The position numbers were made by a program, and so were the translations under genes. Shown one piece after another: positions 51,258-64,000 of a stretch of DNA of 64,000 nucleotides; the stretch's first letter is position 1; every line of letters begins with the position of its first letter. The stretch lies in the NCBI RefSeq assembly GCF_001447785.1, contig NW_015173156.1, positions 525,067 to 589,066 of the forward strand. The letters are read 5' to 3'. The stretch is from Gekko japonicus. Taxonomy: Eukaryota. A model generated the notes under the pieces. The model did no database searches. It saw nothing but the letters and a program-made list of their open reading frames with translations, and was not told the DNA's origin.

Positions 51258-51832
51258 TAAGAACATAAGAGAAGCCAATGTCGGATCAGGCCAATGACCC
51301 ATCTAGTCCAACACTCTGTCACACAGTGGTCAAAAATACCAGGTGCCATCAGGAGGTCCACCAGTGGGGCCAGGACACTAGAAGCCCTCCCACTGTTGCC
51401 CTCCCCCAAGCACCAAGAATACAGTGCATCACTTTCCCCAGCCTGAGAGTTCCTTTCTATACCTTGTGGCTAATAGCCACGGATGGACTTCTGCTCCATA
51501 TGTTTATCTAATTCTCTCTTGAAGCTGTCCATGCTTGTAGCCGCCACCACCTCCTGTGGCAGTGAATTCCATGTGTTAATCACTCTTTGGGTGAAGAAGT
51601 ACTTCCTTTTATCCGTTCTAACCTGACTGCTCAGCAATTTCATTGAGTGCCCATGAGTTCTTATATTATGGGAAAGGGAGAAAAGTACTTCTTTCTCTAC
51701 CTGCTCTATCCCATGCATAATCTTATAGACCTCGATCATGTCACCCCACAGCCGTCATTTCTCCAAGCTAAAGAGCCCCAAGCGCTTTAACCTTTCTTCA
51801 TAGGGAAAGTGTTCCAACCCTTTTATCATTCC
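51258..51832 (-). mobile_element. CR1 LINE 3' fragment (its 3' end is also seen at ~47508-47625)
   Basis: MIEVYKIMHG...RKYFFTQRVINTWNSLPQEVV..SFKRELD. Confidence 0.88.
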
Positions 51833-51919
51833 AAGTAGCAACAACAGCAATATGCTGCAATGTTTGAGACAAACAGAAAAGAACAACAAAAAAGAAGACT
51901 GGGAAGGGCAGCCCGCATT

Positions 51920-52315
51920 CCTATTCTTGGGTGTGAAAGTTGGACAATGAAGAAAGCTGACAGGAAGTGTTGAAGGAGACTTTTATGGACCCCATGGATT
52001 GCCAAAAAGCAAGTGGGTTCTAGATTAAATAAAGTTTGAACTCTCCCTAGAAGCTAAAATGACTAAATTGACGCTATTATACTTTGGTCACGTTATGAGA
52101 AGACAAGAGTCAATGGAAAAGACAATAATGCTAGGGAAAGTTGAAGGCAGCAGGAAAAGAGGAAGACCCAATATGAGATGGGTTGACTCTATAAAAGAAG
52201 CCACAGCCCTCGGTTTGCAAGACCTGAGCAAGGCTGTTAACGACAGGGCCTTTTGAAGGTCAACAATTCGTAGGGTTGCCACAAGTCAGAAGCAACTTGA
52301 TGGCACTTAACACAC
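51920..52315 (+). mobile_element. RTE/BovB-type LINE 3' fragment
   Basis: LLYFGHVMRRQESMEKTIMLGKVEGSRKRGRPNMRWVDSI. Confidence 0.88.
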
Positions 52316-52419
52316 CCTGAAAAAAAACTTTGAAATATTTTCTTTAAAATGAGTGAAATGTTTTTCAAGATAAGGAGGGCATGCTGTAGACATATACAGC
52401 TCTTAAATCCAAGATGCCG

Positions 52420-53090
52420 CCTTGAAGTGCTGGCCTTTAGCCTACCCCTCAGTAATCTAAATTTATACTTCAGGACCACACATCTCCCAATGTTATTGGT
52501 GCCAACATGCACCATGACTACTGACTCCTCTCCCACACTTAGCTATCAGCCTATCTAGACAGCACATGATATCCACAATCCTTGCACATGCCTGCCACAG
52601 ACATCACTCTCCATCCTCCTAATGAGACAACGTTTGAGTCAAACTTTGTTCTGCTGCTTCAAACCAATAAGGCTACCCACCTGAATTACTCTCCTATTGA
52701 CTGAATTTCCTACTACCAAAAGCCTACCACCACTACCTCAGAGGGGTATCCCAGGTACGAGAGAATATTGGTTCAGGAAGGGGTCCCTTCTAAGGGATTA
52801 TTTCTAGCCTCCACAGCCTGATGCCCTCCAATTCCAAGGCCCTCAAAGCAGAGGATCTGTCAGCGAGACATCACTCTCCATCCTCAAGGCCCTCAAAGCA
52901 GAGGATCTGTCAGCGCAGGAGTGACACAGTTCTAACAGGTCCCTAAGGGTCTCATCTATATATCTCTGTCTCTCTCAGCTACTCCAGGTCAGCAAGCTGA
53001 CCCTCAAGTGAACTACCCTGTTCCCTGACAGCCAAGAATTCCAGACATCGCCCACCCACCCATAATTTCTGTCCCATGAGCAGATAATCA
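52420..53090 (-). mobile_element. Degraded CR1 ORF1 (esterase) region
   Basis: VVMVHVGTNNIG resembles the CR1 ORF1 esterase VHVGTND motif. Confidence 0.55.
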
Positions 53091-53371
53091 TACACATGAC
53101 TTTCTTTGTAGAAAACCTAATACTGGCAAAGAGCATGTTATAGTGTAGTAGTGACAGCGATGGACTAGGTCTGAGGAGATTTGAGTTCAAGATCTCTTCT
53201 GCCATGACAGCTGCTGGGTGACATGGGGGCAGTCATCCTGTCAGTCTAATCTTCCTCACAGGGTAGTTGTGAGGGTAAAATGGAGGAAACAAGTGAACAT
53301 GTAATCATTATATCCAACACCAAATGTGTGTATCTCACACATACTACACCAAATACGTATTTTTTTCTTAC

Positions 53372-53565
53372 CTGTATCTTTATGACCCTTCAAAACATAA
53401 AGTGGTGTAGGGCTATCCAGAGTGAAGATGCAAATGTTGTTATCATTGCCACCGGTAGCAATTAATCCACGGGGGTAGATGTCACTTGGAGGGATCACAC
53501 ACACACAAGAAACAAAATTGGAATGACCACTCATGCAGTGCATTTCAGAAAATCCTCTGTTGGAG
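53372..53565 (-). CDS. PLAA: PLAA exon 2 ([22 protein letters not shown]...LKGHKDT)
   Basis: tttag| acceptor, |GTAAGA donor, 194 nt, WD40 repeats. Confidence 0.96.
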
Positions 53566-54029
53566 CTAAACACAAAACAGAATCCAATGATTTTACGTTA
53601 CTATAACAACTTCTTTCAATACTTTAACCTAGTCTTATGGTTTTAGAAAAAAATTCACTGCTGATTTTATCGCACTAGAGAGAACAGGGTAATACATCTT
53701 TCTTTCTGAAATAAGAATCTGCTTCATATGCTGATATTTTCCCCTTTCTAAATGCATGGCTCGTGATCTCTCATTATAAAACTTATAACAATAATTCCAT
53801 AAGGTTTGTAAGTTACAGTTATCAGTGAAACAATTACTAATAAAACAATGATGGTGATAAAAACACATAACAGCAACAAAATATATGAATTTGTTAAGAA
53901 AGGCTAAAGAAAATAACAATCTTCATGTGACATGTAAGATAAAGCAGAGTAGGAAGAGTGTTCAAAAGTTGCAAAGCCAAAGCTGAGGTTAGTCAGTTAT
54001 CATCTGACTGAACACTTTCCAATACGTCT

Positions 54030-54360
54030 TCAATGATCTCGACAGGCAGACTGATACAGGAAGCAATGGTCCTAGAGGTACTCTGGAACTCCATAGGTTA
54101 ACACCAGTACCTTAAACTGAGCTGAAAGACAGGCTGGAAGCCATCACAGTTCTTTCAGTACTGTTGAGGTATGCTCATTGTAGTGGTTACAGATCTCACT
54201 GCTATATTTTGAACTTGCTGAAGTTTCCAAGCACTTTTGAAAGGCAGCCTCACAAAGCATATTGTACAGTCTCCTAATCTACATGACATCAAAGCACAAG
54301 TAATTCCAACCAAAGTTGTTGAAAAGCACATCATGGATGCTTCTTGAGCATCCAAACATG
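54030..54360 (-). mobile_element. Degraded L2-type fragment
   Basis: RLGDC...LPFKSAWKLQQVQNIAVR. Confidence 0.55.
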
Positions 54361-55392
54361 GGATAGGAATGTGTCTCTTCTACTAAGGACAATCTTGACA
54401 CTACTTCCACTGTTCAGTGTACTTCTATCACCTCACCCCACCCCCAGTAGAACCACTTCAAAGAACGATACTGGGACTGACCTCAGCCTTCACACAGCTA
54501 CATAAATATGGCAAGAGCTATTTACCAGAAACAGCTATTTCACAGTTCATAATAATGAGAGCAATGGACAAATGAATGGACCTTCTAAGGAAATCCCAAT
54601 TTTTACACATTATAAGCCTGGCTTACAACAGCTTCTTATAAAATAAGCAGAAATAAGAAAATGTTTTCCAGGCTTAGTTATAACAAATGCTCCTTACAGC
54701 CCTGTTGGCGGCTGAAGCATGCATCTGATTTTACTCCTGAGAATGACTCCTGAAGCTTGCTTGTCCTGCTTCCTACCACATCCAGACTCCCAAGTGTGTT
54801 GTGTGACCCAGTGACCCAGATCTTATCCCTCTGCTACTTTGGCGTACACCGCCATTAAACCTTCACCAAAGATATGAAGCCATGGTATGCTCACACAACT
54901 TTAACAAAGTTGTTCTCACCCAAATCAGACACTAGCTCCGGTTTATAAACACTATTCTCCTGTAACAACAATTGCCTCCAGTGGGCAAGGCAGGTAAATT
55001 TCATAATCCAGAAACGTCAGCCTTTCTTTTCTGGCCACTGACACATCAAGATAGGTTTGGAAAGGAAACCGACTAGTTAGTACTTTGGGGGTGGGGTGTA
55101 ACCAGCGATCTCGGGAGCGCCTGAAATGAATCAGGTCCTTTGCCTGGCACATCACCGCAAGGCCCATGAAAGAACAGGAGCTTGAATGGGTATTTGTTTA
55201 ACCGAGAAATATCTTAGATCGTTGGCTAGGGCTTTTCGTTTTTCCCCGATTTAAGTTGTAGGCTCGTACATCACACTGTTGTAACCTTCCCAGACCGGCT
55301 CCCCACAGAGCGAGGCGCGCGAGGTCCCACCGGAGCCAGCCCAACTTCGCGTCACCCGCCCCATTCCTCGCCCTCTTCCAGAGAGCACTGAC

Positions 55393-55541
55393 CTGTCCGG
55401 CGCCCACAGCCGCGCCGTGCGGTCGCGGGACACCGACACGAATGCGCCCGTCGGGAAGAGGCAGCTGCTGAGCCCCCGCACGTCCAGCTCGTGCCCCACC
55501 AGGGAGCAGCGGAGCCGGTAGTTGCTACCTGCGCTCGCCAT
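55393..55541 (-). CDS. PLAA: PLAA exon 1 ([24 protein letters not shown]...[12 protein letters not shown])
   Basis: ATG at 55541; WD40 GH...W motif; donor CAG|GTCAGT; 149 nt. Confidence 0.95.
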
Positions 55542-55844
55542 CGCCCTCCGGCTTTCCCACCCTGACACAGCAGTGGGAACAGCGCCGCCGCCTTCCTTTC
55601 TCCCCCTCCCTTCACCGGAATCATCGTCATTCACTGGGCGCCAAGAAACATGCGCCATCCAGGATGAGCCGAAGCGGGCGAAAAGCGACGGTGGGCGAGG
55701 AGACTACATTTCCCAGAATGCAAGCGCAAAGCAATCTAGAGGTCGGTACGAGGGAAGACTCGTTCTGACATCCCGCGATGAGACGTCGATTGGCGAGAAT
55801 GAAGCATGGGGGACGGGAGTCCTCTGGCTTGGTTGCTAGGATAC

Positions 55845-55934
55845 GGTGGCAGACGCATGGAGGAAAGCCGGTAGGTTAAGTTCCCCCCTGAGCTCCCGGG
55901 GGGGGGGGGGGGGGCGTGTGAGAGGAAGAGTCAG
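55845..55934 (+). other. IFT74: Probable non-coding first exon of IFT74 (5' end unknown)
   Basis: Strong donor CAG|GTAAGC at 55935 inside the CpG island, upstream of the exon holding the ATG. Confidence 0.5.
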
Positions 55935-58672
55935 GTAAGCTGGACGCTGGAGTGAACCTTGTGCCCCTACACTTGAAATCGGGTTGGGGGGCAGGGCTTT
56001 TACTGCGGCGCCTCCAAACCTAGAATGGAAATCCCTAAGCCACTCTACCCTACAGCCCGTCCCAGGTTGGAGTTTCCGAAGTCTCTGTGAATCTTGCTGA
56101 AATATGTTGCCCTCCACACAACCATCTTTCTCCTAAATACATTCTAACTCGTATCTGTATATTCCTCAGGGACGGAGAGTGGTAGAGTCCTAATAGTGTG
56201 GATTGTACTGTGTACCACTTGAGGCTGGAAATTGGGGCATCTCGGGTGTTTTTTGTTTTCTTCTTTTGTTTATGAATGTCTCGGTGTGTTCTCCCTGAGG
56301 CGCTAGTTATCTGCTTGCATGGTTCAGATTTATCACAAACATACTATGGGACATTTAAAAACGAAACAAAAAACACCCGAGCCGCCCCAATTTACCAAGG
56401 ATGATATACGAATTAATGTATGCTCATTAGTTAGTTTTTAATTTACAAAACCATAAAGAATCTTTTAAAGATTTTGTGAAATATACTTGGTTGTTTTGAC
56501 AAAAGTAAAACATTAGATCAGATATCCGAATTCAGATACTATTGACCGCCTAGCTCAAATAGTTTAGAATCAGTAATTAAGAAGATATATATCTTTTAAA
56601 ATTGCCTGCAATTAACATTCATGGTTGAAAGAAATTTATGTTATAAAAATATTACCAAAATCTGGTTTCTTTTTACTATTGTACACTTATTCGGTCAGCT
56701 GTGAATAGATTATATGGAACAATAAAAAGCCAATAATAAAATGAGATCTTTCAACAGCACTGGAGTTGTCATGGACTTCCTGCAATTGAAGATACTACTG
56801 TACATTAATGTTGAAGGCAATTCCCTGTTGGATTAGGGTGGGGGGATTTTGTTGTTGTTGTTTTGTCAAGTCGCAGCCAATTAATGATGATCTCATAGTG
56901 TTTTCAAGGTAAGAGATGTTCAGAGGTGGTTTGATGTTGCCTGCCTGTGTGTAGCGACCATGGTATTCCTTGGTGGTCTCCGATCCAAATATGAACTAGG
57001 GGCAAGTCCTCCTTAGCTTCCATGATCTGATGAAAAGGAGGTAGCCTGGGCTATTCAAGTCAAAACAGGAATGATTTATTGGGACAAAAAGCAATTAAAA
57101 GTAGATATTCTGCTTTGTGTCTGGATATGGCAGGAGAAACCCTGACTCTCATTTTATGCAATCAGTCTTAACCCAAGCGTGGGATAAATTTTAGTTAAGG
57201 CTGAAGTATTCATCAGTCATACTGTTAATTCAAAGTATGGGGTTTTCAGAGCTCAAAGGGGCAACTACTTTTGCTATATGGCTAAAAACGAGTTAATGAA
57301 ACTTCATAAAATATAGATCTATTTATCTATATCTTATTGTACTTATTTCAGAGATTTAAACAGAGGGTGGGCTGCATTTCAGTATCTTTATATCCAAATG
57401 AGAGGTTTAATACAACCTATGCAACAACCAGAGAATATATTTTGAGCTTTAAATAAATTTGAACACATCTTAGTCTAATTGGATGGGAAACCACCAAGTT
57501 CAGGGTTGCTTCACAAAGGCAGGCAATGGCAAACCACCTCTGAGTGTCTCTTGCCTTGAAAACCCTACAGGGTCGCTGTAAGTCCTTTGGAACGTGACCT
57601 TACTTTCCACTACGAAAAGGAATTTATAGCCAAAATACACTTCTTTAATAGATCTATAAAATAAAAGAACAGATTATAAACTAAAATGGGGAACTGATTA
57701 TCTGGTATCTCTGAAAAATCTATGGTTTATGATGCATAAAAATATGTGTAGAGTTTTATGTGTTTGTTTATTTACTCCATTTATACCCCACTTTTATCCC
57801 CAATGGGAATGTAAAGTGGCTTATAACATTCTCCCCTTCATTTTATCCACACAAGAACCCTGTGAGGTAGGTTAGGCTGAGAGTATGTGACTGGCCCCAG
57901 GTCATCTGGCAAGCTTCCATGAGAAAGTAGGGATTCACACCTGGGTCTCACAGATCCTAGTCCAACACTAACCATTACACCACAACCACAAACAGCCTTG
58001 GATGTACAACTATTATACCCTGCCTAGATTAGCTAGAATAACAGCTAATGTATCCAGTCTGTGCTGGAGATACAAAAAAGTTTGAGACAGTCTTCTATAT
58101 GTAGATGGAATGTCCTAAAGTATTGTCAGGATATAAGTAAGGTCTTAACTGAGATTGTGAAGTAGAGAATTCCATGTGATCCAAGTTTCCCTCAGGATAT
58201 ATACAAAATGAGGTAAAAACAGATCATGGATATATAAAGGATATGATTACTGCAGCCAGTATGTTATTGGTACAGTAATGGACACAAAGAGCTGTAGTGT
58301 TAAGTGATACATGTTTAAACAAGTGCTGACTCATTATGCTTATTAATAAACTTGCTATACACACACACATACATACATACATACACACACATGGGGGAAA
58401 TAATGTTTAATGGAGTAAGATTAGGCCTTAAGAAAATGTAAGATCAGAGATTTTGACGTGTGTATAAAATGATAGGATATGTTGGTGAATAGTTTTGTGT
58501 ATATGTACATGTATTTACATACATAGGTAGACAGATAGATGGATATAAAAACAAAAAATTATATGTGCTAGATAGTCCTAAAAAGCCTTTCTCAATGAGT
58601 CTTAATTCTGAGGGTTGCAATCATAATATGTGCATAAACTCTACAAGTAAGTGGTACTTAAATATAATTTAC

Positions 58673-59170
58673 ACCAGTTTGGTGTAGTGGTTAAGTGCGC
58701 GGACTCTAATCTGGGAGGACCAGGTTTGATTTCCCACTCCTCCACTTGCACCTGGCTGGATGACCTTGGGCAAGTCATAGTTCTGGCACAGCTGTTCTTG
58801 AAAAAGAGCAGTTTCTGTCAGAGCTCTCTCAGCCCCACCTACCTCACAGGCAGTGTTCCCTCTAAGCTGAGTTAGTGTGAGCTAGCTCACAGTTTTTTAG
58901 CCTCCGGCTCACACATTTTCGTCTTGGCTCAGGAAGGAGGGCTCCAGAGCAAAGTAATTGATGCAGTAGCCAAATGGCTCGCTCACAACTTTAATGCCAG
59001 TAGCTCACAAAGAAGAATTCTTGCTCACAAGACTCCACAGATTAGAGGGAACATTGCTCACAGGGTGTCTGTTGTGGGGAGGGGAAGGAAAAGTAGTTTG
59101 TAAGCCGCTCTGAGACTCCTTTGGGTAGTGAAGGGCGAGGTATAAATCCAATCTCTTCTCTTTTCTTCTA
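58673..59170 (+). mobile_element. Young tRNA-derived SINE split by a MITE
   Basis: SINE sequence resumes exactly after the TSD. Confidence 0.85.
58851..59056 (+). mobile_element. 206-bp hAT-like MITE nested in SINE
   Basis: Perfect 8-bp TSD CTCACAGG. Confidence 0.92.
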
Positions 59171-59327
59171 ATTCTGATTTAAAATCTGAAGGGAATTCTA
59201 AAGGCTTTCTTTAAAATAAATGCTTTTATCAGTCTGTAGTTGTCTCAAATATAGGAAACCTATACATCAGACTTTAATGTGTAATATATGCTTATTTCTA
59301 GAGGGAAGTTTAAAGGAAAGAAGTAAA

Positions 59328-59441
59328 ATGGCAACTAATCACAAGCCTCCTACATCTCGTCCCTCTACAGGAATGGGGCTGGGAGCCAGACCTCCGTCAT
59401 CCTCATTACGACCTCCATCTGCAGCTTTGTTGGGTAGTGGG
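59328..59441 (+). CDS. IFT74: IFT74 first coding exon (MATNHKPPTSRPSTGMGLGARPPSSSLRPPSAALLGSG); exon starts 59302
   Basis: ttctag| acceptor, ATG 59328, donor GGG|GTATGT; basic RP[PS] repeats of the IFT74 N-terminus. Confidence 0.88.
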
Positions 59442-60453
59442 GTATGTTAACTGAATAAACCTATATGATACAAGGAACAAAGATATAGTATATATTGTGA
59501 GTGATATAGAATTTTTTTTAAAAAAAATCTTGCAATTTGGTCTCATCTTCATGATATGACACTTTGTTTTGTGTCTACACTGTAAGTTTCTTGTTATTAC
59601 TTATATCATGTCATCAACATGGAATTTTACAAAGAAATATAAGCAGATCACCTGCTTTGAGAAGTTCATAATTCAAAAGCAGCAGCTAAAAAACAATCTG
59701 TTCACTCTCTGATTTCTCACCTTGCTGTGTCTCATCCTTTCTTATCATTTTCGATTGTAAGCCTCTCCTGGGATTCAAGATGCTTATTAATAATAATATT
59801 TTCTTACATTGCACACACCCATATATTCATCTATTCAACCTATAGTCAAGTTTTTGTTATTCATCTGCAGTGTAATTCAGGTTGCTCCATTTTATTATTC
59901 AAGTAAAGACCTTCAAGGACACAAATTTGCATAAAATAGTATTGCCTTTTTTAAAAAAAAACAAGTAGTTTTGATAAGGAAAAATAGCAGGAAGGAGGAT
60001 GCTTAACCCTTTCCTAGTGACTGCTTCACTACTGCTTTGAAAAACTTTTTATTTTTATTTTATTGAGTTTTATACAACATAGAATGTCTGTACAATTTCA
60101 AACAGTAACAATATCAAACTCATACAATAACAAAAAAGGTACATGACGTATTATCACTGCCAATAAAAAGCTAGTATTCTCTACTCCTTATTGTGGTCCA
60201 GCCCCCATGCATTATCCCTTGGAAAAATTGGCTTTTGCTGAAGCTGCTGCTTCTTTAAGACCCAATAAAATGGTCATTGGGATTCTGAGACAAATTTGTA
60301 CCTAAAGTGTAGCTAGACTTTAAATTTCTCTCATTTTAAGGTTCCAGCTTGCCTATTCATACGTTACAGATCAGAATAATCAAGGTTCTTCAGAACTGCT
60401 GCATTAATTTCTTCCTGCCCCAATAATTTTTTTCTCCCCAATTTCTATTTCAG

Positions 60454-60589
60454 ATCCCTCCAGGCACAACAAGACCTGGTACACGTGGTGTACCCATAGG
60501 TACTGGAGTGGTGTTCTCCTCACAGATTAAAGTTGCAGACCGTCCAGTGACTCAGCAAGGGCTGAGTGGAATGAAAACAGGAATGAAAG
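60454..60589 (+). CDS. IFT74: IFT74 coding exon 2 ([45 protein letters not shown])
   Basis: tttcag| acceptor, |GTAATG donor; 136 nt; conserved RPVTQQGL motif. Confidence 0.95.
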
Positions 60590-61200
60590 GTAATGAAAGG
60601 GGAGTAGTAGCCAATGTCTCCTAGCCGGGTAGAGGCCCCCGTGCAGCCTTGCCTGCCGTTTCCCCAGGGCAGGGTCCCTTTCGTTGCTGGGTTGCTCATG
60701 TTATTATTATTGAAAATCTGGTGTTAATATTTTCACAATAAGGTTGATTGTTTATTCATGTTTGTATTTTCTGTGGACTCAGTCATGGGGTTGGCCTTGC
60801 TTCCCTCAGCCTGCCTGACCCAGGTCTGGGCCACATCCCTCTCTCAGGTGCAGTGCCCCCTGGGGGGCTTGGGCTTGTGTCACTGGGCCAACTTCCTAGT
60901 TGTTGAGTTGGGGGCCCCTGCAGGGAATGCCAGTCTTTCCACTGCCATGGACTGTTCTGAACACCAGTTGGACGTGTCCCACCTGAGGAGGAACCATGTC
61001 TAACAGTCCTGCCCCTACTGTTAGCATTCTGCGGCTGGTCCCCTACCCATCTCTGCCCTGTCAGCAAGTTGTGCAGCCTTTCTCTGAATATGTTTGTGCT
61101 GCCATGTGATGTGAGATGCTAAGTCCAGTAGTCACAGGCCTGACCAATATAGCTTTGAGTTGTTGTTAACAAATCGCTGATATTTGTTCTTCTTTCTTAG

Positions 61201-61249
61201 GTCCGCAGAGACAAGTTATGGATAGATCATATTATCTTGGAGTGCTTAG
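61201..61249 (+). CDS. IFT74: IFT74 coding exon 3 (GPQRQVMDRSYYLGVL); gene continues beyond window
   Basis: ttcttag| acceptor, AG|GTATGT donor; 49 nt. Confidence 0.93.
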
Positions 61250-61790
61250 GTATGTGAAATATAGTTTTCATGAGTATGTGTGGTATCTCCATGTAAGCAG
61301 TTTGTGTCAAGAATGGTGGCCTAGCCTTGTTAAAGGGTTTGTGGTTCTTCACAGTGCGTACCTGGGATCTCCCTTCTGCTTTGCAGTCCAGGCAGGGGGT
61401 GGTGGTTAAGACTTTCCCCTCTGTGGCACCTGTGCCTCCTCTCTTTCCCACCAGGCCATTTTTTTTCTGTGCTCAGCACAGGAACCATGGCTGTCCCATC
61501 TGTCTCCTTCCCAACGTACCCTGCCACACTTTCTCAACAATTTCTTTGTACTACATGCACACACATTGCCTTCTGAGTACTGGAAATGGAGCTTTCTGAA
61601 GCTTCCTTTTTCCTTCTGCCTGACCTGGTCATGTGACTGGTGCATAGCTGACCTCTTAAGAACTCTTTCTTTACTAGAGATTGCCTCTTGCCTCCAGCTG
61701 ACACACACAGACAGCTTCTCCCATAAGTTCATCAGACTCAGGATTAATTTATAGTAGGATAAAACTGTGTCCTCCACCTCTGCACATGTT

Positions 61791-62605
61791 CAGGACCGGC
61801 CCGTCATTGACAAAATTTAGGCAGCTGCCTATGGGCGCCAGCTTGAGCAGGGTGCCGCTCTAGCCTGCCTGCCGCCCCGCCTTCCCTCCCACATAATCCA
61901 GCCGAGCGAGAGCTAGGCGCGAACGTCAGGCTGCTATTCCTATAGTGCAGCAGCGGGTCTTCCGGCGAGGGAGTTGGCAGCCAAGGAGGGTCGCGGGGAA
62001 AGAGCGCAAAGTCCGCAGGGGCTGTCCTCAGGGGCTCATTGGGGCTGGGGAAGGAGAGACCCCTGCAGGGCGCACCTCCTTGGACCAGATGGGTCAGTTT
62101 TGATCCCAATTCTGGTCAATTTCCTCCCTTGGCTGAGCCTGGCACCTTGGCTGAGCTGCACAGCCCGGCAGCGTTAGTCAGTTTCACTCGTCTTTAAAAG
62201 CCTCCCGTTTCGCCCTCATCCCGACACGGGATGGATTGAGGCCTCAGGGTCCATTTTGGGCCTTCGGGGACATGGGGAGGAGAGGCGTGCATGTGAGGAC
62301 GTTCCCCCGGGGTGGAGGAAAGGGGTCCAATGGCCTGCTGGGCCACGCATCATGCGCGGCCGATTCTCCCCTCCCAGCAGCTGCCCCAGGTGGGTGGAGC
62401 TTGCTCTGGCCACACTCCTGTTTCGGAACCGTCGTGCAAGCTGCCCCGTCCCGTGGTTCCAGCCAGGAGGACCCCCCGCCCCCCACCTTTGTTGTGCCCC
62501 TGAAACCAGACCGCTGGTGCTCACGGAGGGGTGGGGGGGGCGCCAGAAAATTGGTGGGCGCACGGGGGGGTACCTAGTGTGTAAAAAAACCTGGGGCCAG
62601 CCCTG
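61791..62605. mobile_element. 815-bp GC-rich hAT (Tip100-like) non-autonomous element
   Basis: TIR caggaccggccc/gggccagccctg; perfect 8-bp TSD CACATGTT. Confidence 0.85.
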
Positions 62606-62724
62606 CACATGTTCTTTGATGGTGTAAGAGAGCTGGCTACAATTGCCTGCATTCCAGTTGGGATATTTTAACAGGAGTTTTTATTCTGGAGCTACAATGT
62701 AGAAATAAATTTTTATTTTGTTTG

Positions 62725-62972
62725 CCAGTTTGGTGTAGTGGTTAAGAGCATGGACTCTAATCTGGGAGAACCGGGCTTGATTCCCCACGCCTCCACATGG
62801 AGCTGCTGACATGATCTTGGGTCAGTTACAGTTCTCTCAGAGCTATTCTCGAAAGAGCAGTTCTCTCAGTCTCAGCCCCATCTAGCTCACAGGGTGTCTG
62901 TTGTGGGGAGAGGAAGGGAAGGAGATTGTAAGCGGCTGTGAAGGGCGGGGTATAAATCCAATCTCTTCTTCT
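62725..62972 (+). mobile_element. Young tRNA-derived SINE (Squam3-like)
   Basis: Same family as 9231-9528. Confidence 0.8.
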
Positions 62973-63009
62973 TTTTTAATAAAATTTAATAATATCTGAA
63001 AAACACATG

Positions 63010-63550
63010 TTCCCCAGAGAGCACTGCGTTCTAAGAGACAACCCCCTAGTTCTCCCTGGCCCTAAAGAGGCCAGGCTGGCCATCACCAGGGCTAGGGCCT
63101 TTTCTGTGGCAGCTCACTGGTGGAATGAGTTCCCCGAGGATATCGGGGCCCTGCGAAGTTTATTACAATTCTGCAGGGCCTGGGGTAGGGCAGGATATAA
63201 ATTGGAATATAAATAAATAAATAAATATCAGAGCCTTGTGGGACTTACTACAATTCCGCAGGGCCTGAAAAGGCGGAGCTCTTCCACCAGGCATTTGACC
63301 ACATTTTACATCCAGATATAATATCAGAGCCTTCCCTGGGATCTTTTTCATCACCATTGTGTATTGACTGACTCCTGTTATCATGAAAATATTGGATATG
63401 GCAATGTTTGATAATTGTTCACTGCTACGTAGGAAAGTATGTATAGCAGTTTAGATTTTATGTTGGTTTTGAATTAAGAATTTTATGTAAGCTGCCCTGA
63501 GCCTGCATCGGTGGAGAAGGCAGGGTATAAATCTAATAAATAAATAAATT
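63010..63550 (+). mobile_element. L2-type LINE 3' ends (rearranged)
   Basis: LVLPGPKEARL..TRARAFSVAA.WWNE.P; (TAAA)n tails. Confidence 0.7.
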
Positions 63551-64000
63551 AAATGTACTTAGAACAAAAACCAACAAATTGTTATTTAGTTAGTTATTAT
63601 TACTTTATTATTGACTTTGTACTGCCTTTCTCACCGATGGAGATCCAAAACACTTTATGTTGTTCTCCAGCGTTGGTTTCTCCTCACAACAACCCTGTGA
63701 GGTAGACTAGGCCAAGAGTGTGTGACTGGCCCAAGGTCACCCAGCAAGCATCCGTGGCAGAGTGGGAAATCGAACCTGGGTTTCCCAGATCCTAGTCTGA
63801 CACTTTTATACCATGTTGGCTGTCATAGTTCTAACTTAGGGTTGTAAATTAGGGTTCAGCCACTGCAATTCCTGGGCCAAATCTAGTTTCATAAGCTGTG
63901 GTTGCACACACACACACACACACCTTGCATAAAAGGGTGTGCAGAAAGTGATGTCTGTAATATAGAAAATTTACAGGAAGAAATTGTTATGGTATGGGGA

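Larger units (their letters stand above)
55290..56070. promoter_or_regulatory. CpG island / bidirectional PLAA-IFT74 promoter: ZNF143 motif ACTACATTTCCCAGAATGCA (55703-55722), CCAAT box (55789-55793), RFX X-box-like GTTGCTAGGATAC (55832-55844)
   Basis: Head-to-head genes, high CpG density, motifs read directly. Confidence 0.85.

Noticed and set aside
55542-55658. In-frame upstream extension of PLAA exon 1 (MAHVSW...)
   Set aside because: Lies in the promoter/5'UTR; homology starts at MASAGS (55541).
61804-62627. Several overlapping ORFs
   Set aside because: All inside a GC-rich non-autonomous hAT element; no transposase motifs.
61250-64000. Next IFT74 exon or a nested LRRC19 gene
   Set aside because: No matching coding sequence seen; region is repeat-derived.

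Overview
Vertebrate (squamate, probably gecko-like judging by the repeats) genomic DNA carrying the conserved CAAP1 - PLAA - IFT74 block. Minus strand: a complete 14-exon PLAA gene (ATG 55541, stop 32260; about 794 aa; WD40 + PFU + PUL) and CAAP1 coding exons 1-5 (ATG 27751; last exon not found, probably left of the window). Plus strand: the 5' end of IFT74 (three coding exons), head-to-head with PLAA across a CpG-rich bidirectional promoter with ZNF143, CCAAT and RFX X-box motifs. Introns hold many repeats: tRNA- and 5S-derived SINEs, Sauria-type SINEs, CR1/L2/L1/RTE-BovB fragments, several hAT-like MITEs with 8-bp TSDs, a Helitron, a solo LTR and a Penelope-like palindrome. There is one 449-N assembly gap. 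Most notable: (1) PLAA exon 8 has no canonical GT donor although every other junction is GT-AG; (2) an ~85-nt element is duplicated in CAAP1 introns 1 and 2 and folds like an H/ACA hairpin; (3) a duplicated CRE module sits in the CAAP1 promoter. I found no convincing wholly new multi-gene system. Gene and repeat-family names come from recognition and recall, not from database searches.
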